Origin: Nemertoderma westbladi
Taxonomy: Eukaryota; Animalia; Xenacoelomorpha
Assembly (NCBI GenBank): GCA_032718475.1
Contig: JAUCBJ010009150.1
Span: 1 to 64,000, forward strand
DNA length: 64,000 nucleotides
Direction: 5' to 3'
Shown: positions 1-10,145 of the stretch, one piece after another
How positions within the stretch are numbered: position 1 is the first letter of the stretch
Layout of the letters: each line of letters opens with the position of its first letter
The notes under the pieces: model-generated
The model's input: only the letters and a program-made list of their open reading frames with translations
The model's database searches: none
What the model was told of the DNA's origin: nothing
Made by a program: the position numbers and the translations under genes

Positions 1-276
1 TTACGCAGGGTCTGTAAGGGTCCGTAAGTCGTTCTCAACATTATTGTGGGAATCTGGCAAGCCCAAGTTCGCACGGCGTGGGTTCGTGGATGCCATAGCA
101 CGCGTCCCGACCTGGAGAAAACAATTAAGTGAAAATACAAATGAACAGTGACAAGTTATTTAAAAATCTCATATAATTAAATATCAATTAAACATCAATA
201 AACACAAACACATATTTAATAATAAACAAACACACCAACACTTATATAATGTAGGAATGAATAATTACCCGTTGTA

Positions 277-349
277 ACAATAATTGCAAGCCAGACGTCC
301 CAACACTTTAATAAATAATTCATTGCGAACGACTTGCTGGTAATGTTGT
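277..349 (+). ncRNA. Candidate pre-miRNA-sized hairpin 1 (in every core)
   Basis: Paired by eye: ACAAUAAUUGCAAGCCAGACGUCCCAA with UUGCGAACGACUUGCUGGUAAUGUUGU, around an AU-rich loop. It also folds on the - strand. Confidence 0.35.
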
Positions 350-472
350 GAATAAACAGTAAATCTAAACTCTAAATAATCAATTGTAATTAAACTTTAA
401 ACCAAAGCGATTTTAAATAAGAAACTTTGTTAAACGTAACTTATAATATATTCAGCTACTGAGGAGGCAGCG

Positions 473-571
473 CTTATTATATATTGGTGTTGGTGTCTGT
501 AATACAAAGCGAACAAATGTCTGGCCATTGACCTTGTGTCTTTGTGTGAAGCCGCGCTATCCAATAATAAG
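473..571 (+). ncRNA. Candidate hairpin 2 (~100 nt)
   Basis: Nested stems CUUAUUA..UUGG/CCAAUAAUAAG, UGGUGU/GCGCUA, AUACAAAG/CUUUGUGU, ACAA/UUGU, GUC/GAC. Confidence 0.4.
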
Positions 572-621
572 ACGGTATAACAATTATTGGTTGTTCAAGC
601 AAAGGCAATGTATACGTTAAT

Positions 622-770
622 GTATAATAATATGTTGCTTGGCGTGGGTGGCTGAGGCCTTGGCCTTGGTTGGTTAGTTTCCAGGGTGATATGTTCTAGA
701 ATATTAAATTATTTACCTTGAGTGAACCAAACCAACCACCCACACAATGCTGAAGCACAGCGCATTGTAT
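622..770 (+). ncRNA. Candidate hairpin 3 (~150 nt)
   Basis: Nested stems GUAUAAU/AUUGUAU, UGCUUGGC/GCU(G)AAGCA, GUGGGUGG/CCACCCAC, UUGGUUGGUU/AACC(A)AACCAA, CAGGGUGA/UUACCUUG. Confidence 0.45.
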
Positions 771-792
771 CCCAGCCGTCCAGCCCAGCCCG

Positions 793-922
793 GCTGGCGC
801 CTCCTACAATACAATGCAAGCAGCTCAGCTCAATATTGCTTGAAAATTCTCTTGTAAATATTTTCCAACTCAATAAATAATTACACTTGAAATGCACTAT
901 AGAGGGGTGGGGAGGTGTTAGC
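793..922 (+). ncRNA. Candidate hairpin 4 (~130 nt)
   Basis: GCUGGCGCCUCCUAC pairs with GU(G)GGGAGGUGUUAGC (15 bp, 4 G-U, one bulge). Inner stem AAUAUUGC/GU(A)AAUAUU. Confidence 0.4.
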
Positions 923-1051
923 GATGTCGCCCGGTGATTCTGAGCGTTTTTGGTGATCATTTGCTTAAAATATATTTTTTATGCTCTATCTCGTGGTGTC
1001 GGTTAGAACGCGCGAAAATGAAAATCGATGGTCAATTTTGAAAAAAATCGG

Positions 1052-1345
1052 AAGTTATTTCGGTAAATTGCGGCTAATTTTGGGAAGGGCTTTTGTGTTG
1101 GCAATTTATTATTTAATACAGTTGAATATTTGGCTGAATTGAAGTTCATTAACCCGGGTAATTAAATTGAAATAACAAGTTATTTTGCAAAATTATGGCT
1201 AATTTTGGGAAGGGCTTTTGTGTTGGCAATTTATTATTTAATACAGTTGAATATTTGGCTGAATTGAAGTTCATTAACCCGGGTAATTAAATTGAAATAA
1301 CAAGTTATTTTGCAAAATTATGGCTAATTTTGGGAAGGGCTTTTG
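1052..1345. repeat. 125-bp tandem repeat (~2.3 copies here; 1.3-3.3 per unit)
   Basis: AAGTTATTT...GGCTAATTTTGGGAAGGGCTTTTG...TTAACCCGGGTAA recurs at 1052, 1177 and 1302. Confidence 0.92.
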
Positions 1346-1392
1346 GAATGGCATTGAAATTGAAATGAAAGGTGTTCTTAGGAGAATTTGAA

Positions 1393-1550
1393 TTAATAAC
1401 TAGTGCCCTACATAACAGCGCAGTGCACTTAATAACGAGTGCCCTACATAACGGCGCAGTGCACTTTATAACGGCGCAGTGCACTTCATAAAGGTGTAGT
1501 GCACTTCATAAAGGTGTTAGTAGTGCACTTCATAACGATGCAGTGCACTT
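1393..1550. repeat. 36-bp GTGCAC repeat, 2 copies plus degenerate tail
   Basis: Monomer TTAATAACGAGTGCCCTACATAACGGCGCAGTGCAC. Similar short blocks near 9250, 15201, 19698, 25926 (3 copies), 56479 and 61435. Confidence 0.9.
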
Positions 1551-2464
1551 AATGTTATATGCTATATTTCATGTTATATGCTATAGTACATGCTCTGCGA
1601 TATGCTATATGGTATGGTATATGCTATGCTATATGCGATATGCTATAAGCTATATGTTATATGTTATGCTATAGTACATGCTATGCTATATGCTATGCTA
1701 TATGCTATGCTATATGCTATGCTATTTGCTAGGCTATATGCTATGCTATATGTTATAGGCTATGCTATATGCTATATGTCATATGTTATATGTTATGCTA
1801 TATGCAATGTCATGCTATATGTTATGGTATATGCCACGTTATGATATATGCTATGCTATGCTATATGTCATATGCTATATGTTAAATGTTATGCTATATG
1901 CCATGTTATGTTATATGCTATAGTACATGCTAAGCTATATGCTCTATGCTATGCTATATGCAATATATCATATGCTATGCTATGTTATGCTATATGCCAT
2001 ATGCTATGATACATCCTATGCTATATGCAATATATCATATGATATGCTATGTTATGCTATATGCTATGGTACATCCTATGCTATATGCTATGCTATGCTA
2101 TATGCTATGCTATATGCTATGCTATATGATATGATATATGCTATGCTATATGTTATATACTATATGTTATATGTTATGCTATATGCCACGTTATGCATGC
2201 TATGCTATGCTATGCTATGTTATGCTATGCTATCATATGTTATGTTGTTCTATGCTATGCTATGCTATGCTATGCTATGTTATGCTATGCTATGCTATGC
2301 TATGCTATGCTCATGCTATGCTAAATGCTATGATATGCTATGATATGCTTGCTATGCTATGCTATGCTATGCTATGCTATGCTATGTCAATATGCATATG
2401 CTATGCTATGCATATTGCTATGCTATGCTATGCTCATGCTATGCTATGTCTATGCTATGCTAAG
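1551..2464. repeat. Compound (TATGC)n/(TATATGC)n microsatellite
   Basis: Mixed 5-, 7- and 12-bp periods. Confidence 0.95.
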
Positions 2465-4545
2465 TTGACAGCTTTGACATGTCATTTTGCAAAATGTCAT
2501 CTTTCAATTGACATTTTGACATGTCATTTTGCCAAATGTCATTTTCAAGTTGACATTTTGACATGTCATTTTGCCAAAATGTCACTTTCGAATTGACATT
2601 TTGACATGTCATTTTGCCAAAATGTCAATGTGTCAATATGTCACTTTCAAATTGACAGTTTGACATGTCATTTTGTCAAAATGTCACTTTCGAATTGACA
2701 TTTTGACATGTCATTTTGCCAAAATGTCACTTTCGAATTGACATTTTGACATGTCATTTTGCCAAAATGTCAATGAGTCAATATGTCACTTTCAAATTGA
2801 CAGTTTGACATGTTATTTTGTCAAAATGTCAATGTGTCAATATGTCACTTTCAAATTGACAGTTTGACATGTCATTTTGTAAAATGTCACTTTCAAATTG
2901 ACATTTTGACATGTCATTTTGCCAAAATGTCATTTTCAAGTTGACATTTTGACATGTCATTTGCCAAAATGTCAATGTGTCAATATGTCACATTCAAATT
3001 GACAGTTTGACATGTCATTTTGTAAAATGTCACTTTCAAATTGACATTTTGACATGTCATTTTGCCAAAATGTCATTTTCAAGTTGACATTTTGACATGT
3101 CATTTGCCAAAATGTCAATATGTCAATATGCCACTTTCAAATTGACAGTTTGACATGTCATTTTGTCAAAATGTCACTTTCAAATTGACAGTTTGACATG
3201 TCATTTTGTCAAAATGTCACTTTCAAATTGACATTTTGACATGTCATTTTGCCAAATGTCATTTTCAAGTTGACATTTTGACATGTAATTTTGCCAAAAT
3301 GTCACTTTCGAATTGACATTTTGACATGTCATTTTGCCAAAATGTCAATGTGTCAATATGTCACTTTCAAATTGACAGTTTGACATGTCATTTTGTCAAA
3401 ATGTCACTTTCAAATTGACATTTTGACATGTCATTTTGCCAAAATGTCACTTTCAAATTGACATTTTGACATGTCATTTTGTCAAAATGTCACTTTCAAA
3501 TTGACATTTTGACATGTCATTTTGCCAAATGTCATTTCAAGTTGACATGTATTTTGCCAAAATGTCACTTTCGAATTGACATTTTGACATGTCATTTTGC
3601 CAAAATGTCAATGAGTCAATATGTCACTTTCAAATTGACAGTTTGACATGTTATTTTGTCAAAATGTCAATGTGTCAATATGTCACTTTCAAATTGACAG
3701 TTTGACATGTCATTTTGTAAAATGTCACTTTCAAATTGACATTTTGACATGTCATTTTGCCAAAATGTCATTTTCAAGTTGACATTTTGACATGTCATTT
3801 GCCAAAATGTCAATGTGTCAATATGTCACATTCAAATTGACAGTTTGACATGTCATTTTGTAAAATGTCACTTTCAAATTGACATTTTGACATGTCATTT
3901 TGCCAAAATGTCATTTTCAAGTTGACATTTTGACATGTCATTTGCCAAAATGTCAATATGTCAATATGCCACTTTCAAATTGACAGTTTGACATGTCATT
4001 TTGTCAAAATGTCACTTTCAAATTGACAGTTTGACATGTCATTTTGTCAAAATGTCACTTTCAAATTGACATTTTGACATGTCATTTTGCCAAATGTCAT
4101 TTTCAAGTTGACATTTTGACATGTAATTTTGCCAAAATGTCACTTTCGAATTGACATTTTGACATGTCATTTTGCCAAAATGTCAATGTGTCAATATGTC
4201 ACTTTCAAATTGACAGTTTGACATGTCATTTTGTCAAAATGTCACTTTCAAATTGACATTTTGACATGTCATTTTGCCAAAATGTAACTTTCAAATTGAC
4301 AGTTTGACATGTCATTTTGTCAAAATGTCACTTTCAAATTGACATTTTGACATGTCATTTTGCCAAATGTCATTTTCAAGTTGACATTTTGACATGTAAT
4401 TTTGCCAAAATGTCACTTTCGAATTGACATTTTCACATGTCATTTTGCCAAAATGTCAATGTGTCAATATGTCACTTTCAAATTGACAGTTTGACATGTC
4501 ATTTTGTCAAAATGTCATTTTCAAATTGACATTTTGACATGTCAT
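2465..4545. repeat. 43-bp palindromic TGACA/TGTCA minisatellite
   Basis: Monomer CTTTCAAATTGACATTTTGACATGTCATTTTGYCAAAATGTCA with period 43 (3134, 3177, 3220), plus 42-bp and ~55-bp variants. Confidence 0.95.
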
Positions 4546-4550
4546 ATTTT

Positions 4551-7293
4551 ATGAGATTTAAGGTATTTTTTCTTGAAAAAGCGAACATCACTTTTCTGAG
4601 TCCGTTTCTGTGACATTTAAAGAAAAGTTAACTTGTGATACTTCTTTTAGTGTTAAATTAACAGCAGATTCCAAATACAGTAACCGTTTTTACATATGAT
4701 TTGTAGTTCTCGCGATATTTGGGTTCAAACGCAACGTTTTTTGATATTTTACGAAATTTAAGGTATTTTTTCTTGAAAAAGCATACATAACTATTCCCAG
4801 TCCGTTTCTGTAACATTTAGAGAAAAGTTAACTTGTGATACTTCTTTTAGTGTTAAATTAACCGCAGATTCCAAATACAGTAACCGTTTTTACATATGAT
4901 TTGTAGTTCTCGCGATATTTGGGTTCAAACACAACGTTTTTTGATATTTTACGAAATTTAAGGTATTTTTTCTTGAAAAAGCATACATAACTATTCCCAG
5001 TCCGTTTCTGTAACATTTAGAGAAAAGTTAACTTGTGATACTTCTTTTAGTGTTAAATTAACAGCAGATTCCAAATACAGTAACCGTTTTTACATATGAT
5101 TTGTAGTTCTCGCGATATTTGGGTTCAAACACAACGTTTTTTGATATTTTACGAAATTTAAGGTATTTTTTCTTGAAAAAGCATACATAACTATTCCCAG
5201 TCCGTTTCTGTAACATTTAGAGAAAAGTTAACTTGTGATACTTCTTTTAGTGTTAAATTAACAGCAGATTCCAAATACAGTAACCGTTTTTACATATGAT
5301 TTGTAGTTCTCGCGATATTTGGGTTCAAACACAACGTTTTTTGATATTTTACGAAATTTAAGGTATTTTTTCTTGAAAAATCATACATAACTATTCCCAG
5401 TCCGTTTCTGTAACATTTAGAGAAAAGTTCACTTGTGATACTTCTTTTAGTGTTAAATTAACAGCAGATTCCAAATACAGTAACCGTTTTTACATATGAT
5501 TTGTAGTTCTCGCGATATTTGGGTTCAAACGCAACGTTTTTTGATATTTTACGAAATTTAAGGTATTTTTTCTTGAAAAATCATACATAACTATTCCCAG
5601 TCCGTTTCTGTAACATTTAGAGAAAAGTTCACTTGTGATACTTCTTTTAGTGTTAAATTAACAGCAGATTCCAAATACAGTAACCGTTTTTACATATGAT
5701 TTGTAGTTCTCGCGATATTTGGGTTCAAACACAACGTTTTTTGATATTTTACGAAATTTAAGGTATTTTTTATTGAAAAAGCAGACATAACTATTCCCAG
5801 TCCGTTTCTGTAACATTTAGAGAAAAGGTAACTTGTGATACTTCTTTTAGTGTTAAATTAACAGCAGATTCCAAATTCAGTAACCGTTTTTACATATGAT
5901 TTGTAGTTCTCGCGATATTTGGGTTCAAACACAACGTTTTTTGATATTTTACGAAATTTAAGGTATTTTTTATTGAAAAAGCAGACATAACTATTCCCAG
6001 TCCGTTTCTGTAACATTTAGAGAAAAGGTAACTTGTGATACTTCTTTTAGTGTTAAATTAACAGCAGATTCCAAATACAGTAACCGTTTTTACATATGAT
6101 TTGTAGTTCTCGCGATATTTGGGTTCAAACGCAACGTTTTTTGATATTTTACGAAATTTAAGGTATTTTTTATTGAAAAAGCAGACATAACTATTCCCAG
6201 TCCGTTTCTGTAACATTTAGAGAAAAGTTCACTTGTGATACTTCTTTTAGTGTTAAATTAACAGCAGATTCCAAATACAGTAACCGTTTTTACATATGAT
6301 TTGTAGTTCTCGCGATATTTGGGTTCAAACACAACGTTTTTTGATATTTTACGAAATTTAAGGTATTTTTTATTGAAAAAGCAGACATAACTATTCCCAG
6401 TCCGTTTCTGTAACATTTAGAGAAAAGTTCACTTGTGATACTTCTTTTAGTGTTAAATTAACAGCAGATTCCAAATACAGTAACCGTTTTTACATATGAT
6501 TTGTAGTTCTCGCGATATTTGGGTTCAAACACAACGTTTTTTGATATTTTACGAAATTTAAGGTATTTTTTCTTGAAAAAGCAGACATAACTATTCCCAG
6601 TCCGTTTCTGTAACATTTAGAGAAAAGTTCACTTGTGATACTTCTTTTAGTGTTAAATTAACAGCAGATTCCAAATACAGTAACCGTTTTTACATATGAT
6701 TTGTAGTTCTCGCGATATTTGGGTTCAAACACAACGTTTTTTGATATTTTACGAAATTTAAGGTATTTTTTCTTGAAAAAGCAGACATAACTATTCCCAG
6801 TCCGTTTCTGTAACATTTAGAGAAAAGTTAACTTGTGATACTTCTTTTAGTGTTAAATTAACCGCAGATTCCAAATACAGTAACCGTTTTTACATATGAT
6901 TTGTAGTTCTCGCGATATTTGGGTTCAAACACAACGTTTTTTGATATTTTACGAAATTTAAGGTATTTTTTCTTGAAAAAGCAGACATAACTATTCCCAG
7001 TCCGTTTCTGTAACATTTAGAGAAAAGTTCACTTGTGATACTTCTTTTAGTGTTAAATTAACAGCAGATTCCAAATACAGTAACCGTTTTTACATATGAT
7101 TTGTAGTTCTCGCGATATTTGGGTTCAAACACAACGTTTTTTGATATTTTACGAAATTTAAGGTATTTTTTCTTGAAAAAGCAGACATAACTATTCCCAG
7201 TCCGTTTCTGTAACATTTAGAGAAAAGTTAACTTGTGATACTTCTTTTAGTGTTAAATTAACAGCAGATTCCAAATACAGTAACCGTTTTTAC
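4551..7293. repeat. 200-bp satellite, ~13.7 copies
   Basis: AGAAAAGTTAACTTGTGATACTTC recurs at 4621, 4821, 5021 and so on, with an exact 200-bp period. Confidence 0.97.
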
Positions 7294-7436
7294 TTAAATT
7301 GTAGATTTTGCAACAAAAATTAAAAAAAAATACGATTTGAGGGAATCACAACAAAACTTTTTAAGTTTAAAACAACCGGTTATGTTAAACATAACGGTAA
7401 CGTATAACGGCATAACGGTACCAAAAATAACTTCAT

Positions 7437-7442
7437 TTTAAT
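7437..7442 (-). promoter_or_regulatory. Possible polyadenylation signal (ATTAAA) ending a ~400-nt 3'UTR-like segment
   Basis: ATTAAA on - with U-rich sequence upstream and GU-rich sequence downstream. Such hexamers are common in AT-rich DNA. Confidence 0.3.
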
Positions 7443-7840
7443 AACAAAATAAACGGATAAACAGATGAGTAACCAGAACCCGGTAGCACAAACATACAGA
7501 TCAGTAACAGCAGTATCAACACCAGATTAGCACAAGACTTAATAAGTAAAATGAAAGCCGACTTCCACCACTGGGTACGAACCTATTGCTTAACGAAATG
7601 TCCCTATTTATAATCGAATATGGTGCGAGCCACAAAGTCTGTGAGCCATAGCATATAGTTGAATGTAGAGCATGCATGGGCCATTGTCAGTCCGTTGAAT
7701 TGAGATTTAGATGGAAAATCATATCATTAGCCAAAATGGAGCCTTCGCAAAACGTTTATCTAATGAACAATGTCTATTATTTGGCCTAGCTAGTACAACT
7801 GTATGCCACCGTTCACGGACCCCGCCAACCCACCGAGTCC

Positions 7841-7993
7841 CTACAGATCTCCCTTGGGTTCCTCTTGGCCCTCGAAGTATCGTATCTTATCCTTGGGATT
7901 GGGGATTATGGTAGCGCTGCCCGGCTTCCAGTCGATCGGACAGACGTCCCCGTGCTGGTCCGTGTACTGGAAGGCCTGCACGAGACGCAGGGT
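7841..7993 (-). pseudogene. C-terminal fragment of typical 2-Cys peroxiredoxin (thioredoxin peroxidase, Prx4-like), copy 1
   Basis: [41 protein letters not shown] matches the Prx1-subfamily tail ([38 protein letters not shown] as in PRDX4). 24 of the first 26 codons end in G/C. Residues upstream of TLRL show no Prx similarity, and the ORF-track start at 8122 is a TTG in a pyrimidine tract. Confidence 0.9.
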
Positions 7994-8093
7994 CTGTAAG
8001 GGTCCGTAAGTCGTTCTCAACATTATTGTGGGAATCTGGGAAGCCCAAGTTCGCACGGCGTGGGTTCGTGGATGCCATAGCACGCGTCCCGAC

Positions 8094-8250
8094 CTGGAGA
8101 AAACAATTAAGTGAAAATACAAATGAACAGTGACAAGTTATTTAAAAATCTCATATAATTAAATATCAATTAAACATCAATAAACACAAACACATATTTA
8201 ATAATAAACAAACACACCAACACTTATATAATGTAGGAATGAATAATTAC
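8094..8250 (-). other. Putative 157-nt GT-AG intron upstream of the Prx-fragment exon (in every core)
   Basis: On the - strand: donor CGG|GTAATT, very U-rich interior, branch-like CTTAAT, acceptor TTGTTTTCTCCAG|G. A second donor-like site AAG|GTAAAT begins at 8698. Confidence 0.5.
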
Positions 8251-9408
8251 CCGTTGTAACAATAATTGCAAGCCAGACGTCCCAACACTTTAATAAATAA
8301 TTCATTGCGAACGACTTGCTGGTAATGTTGTGAATAAACAGTAAATCTAAACTCTAAATAATCAATTGTAATTAAACTTTAAACCAAAGCGATTTTAAAT
8401 AAGAAACTTTGTTAAACGTAACTTATAATATATTCAGCTACTGAGGAGGCAGCGCTTATTATATATTGGTGTTGGTGTCTGTAATACAAAGCGAACAAAT
8501 GTCTGGCCATTGACCTTGTGTCTTTGTGTGAAGCCGCGCTATCCAATAATAAGACGGTATAACAATTATTGGTTGTTCAAGCAAAGGCAATGTATACGTT
8601 AATGTATAATAATATGTTGCTTGGCGTGGGTGGCTGAGGCCTTGGCCTTGGTTGGTTAGTTTCCAGGGTGATATGTTCTAGAATATTAAATTATTTACCT
8701 TGAGTGAACCAAACCAACCACCCACACAATGCTGAAGCACAGCGCATTGTATCCCAGCCGTCCAGCCCAGCCCGGCTGGCGCCTCCTACAACACAATGCA
8801 AGCAGCTCAGCTCAATATTGCTTGAAAATTCTCTTGTAAATATTTTCCAACTCAATAAATAATTACACTTGAAATGCACTATAGAGGGGTGGGGAGGTGT
8901 TAGCGATGTCGCCCGGTGATTCTGAGCGTTTTTGGTGATCATTTGCTTAAAATATATTTTTTATGCTCTATCTCGTGGTGTCGGTTAGAACGCGCGAAAA
9001 TGAAAATCGATGCTCATTTTTGAAAAAAATCGGAAGTTATTTCGGTAAATTATGGCTAATTTTGGGAAGGGCTTTTGTGTTGGCAATTTATTATTTAATA
9101 CAGTTGAATATTTGGCTGAATTGAAGTTCATTAACCCGGGTAATTAAATTGAAATAACAAGTTATTTTGCAAAATTATGGCTAATTTTGGGAAGGGCTTT
9201 TGGAATGGCATTGAAATTGAAATGAAAGGTGTTCTTAGGAGAATTTGAATTAATAACTAGTGCCCTACATAACAGCGCAGTGCACTTAATAACGAGTGCC
9301 CTACATAACGGCGCAGTGCACTTTATAACGGCGCAGTGCACTTCATAAAGGTGTAGTGCACTTCATAAAGGTGTTAGTAGTGCACTTCATAACGATGCAG
9401 TGCACTTA

Positions 9409-10145
9409 ATGTTATATGCTATATTTCATGTTATATGCTATAGTACATGCTCTGCGATATGCTATATGGTATGGTATATGCTATGCTATATGCGATATGC
9501 TATAAGCTATATGTTATATGTTATGCTATAGTACATGCTATGCTATATGCTATGCTATATGCTATGCTATTTGCTAGGCTATATGCTATGCTATATGTTA
9601 TAGGCTATGCTATATGCTATATGTCATATGTTATATGTTATGCTATATGCAATGTCATGCTATATGTTATGGTATATGCCACGTTATGATATATGCTATG
9701 CTATGCTATATGTCATATGCTATATGTTAAATGTTATGCTATATGCCATGTTATGTTATATGCTATAGTACATGCTAAGCTATATGCTCTATGCTCATGC
9801 TATATGCAATATATCATATGCTATGCTATGTTATGCTATATGCCATATGCTATGATACATCCTATGCTATATGCAATATATCATATGATATGCTATGTTA
9901 TGCTATATGCTATGGTACATCCTATGCTATATGCTATGCTATGCTATATGCTATGCTATATGCTATGCTATATGATATGATATATGCTATGCTATATGTT
10001 ATATACTATATGTTATATGTTATGCTATATGCCACGTTATGCATGCTATGCTATGCTATGCTATGCTTATGCTATGCTATCATATGTTATGTTGTTCTAT
10101 GCTATGCTATGCTATGCTATGTTATGCTATGCTATGCTATGCTAT
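9409..10145. repeat. Compound TATGC microsatellite
   Basis: Same motif family. Confidence 0.95.

Larger units (their letters stand above)
7294..9033. other. Unique ~1.74 kb core of the repeat unit (reference copy)
   Basis: Runs from TTAAATTGTAGATTTTGC to AAAAAAATCGG. Near-identical copies lie at about 1-1051 (partial), 12026-13679 (cut by gap), 23970-25710, 28687-30424, 35207-36940, 43348-45086, 50499-52237, 54522-56262 and 59480-61218. Confidence 0.93.

Noticed and set aside
453-468. CAGCTACTGAGGAGGC resembles the 7SL/Alu-domain sequence CAGCTACTCGGGAGGC
   Set aside because: Only 14 of 16 nt match, and the flanks show no SRP RNA features.
709-960. 83-aa ORF MITKNAQ
   Set aside because: Disrupted by frameshifts or stops in most cores, with no recognisable homology.
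1590-2596. Many MLCYA/MLYA-rich ORFs here and in all TATGC blocks
   Set aside because: These are translations of a stop-poor microsatellite. They are open in several frames and their length changes between units.
7603-7611. TATAAATAG TATA-like box on - (possible LTR or promoter)
   Set aside because: I found no LTR boundaries, primer binding site or polypurine tract, and the motif is common in AT-rich DNA.
7803-8009. + strand 68-aa [14 protein letters not shown]
   Set aside because: Antisense shadow of the GC3-rich Prx coding fragment, with no recognisable motif.
7841-8122. 93-aa ORF as a complete peroxiredoxin gene
   Set aside because: It starts at a TTG inside an intron-like tract and lacks the peroxidatic Cys domain, and no upstream Prx exons exist in any unit.
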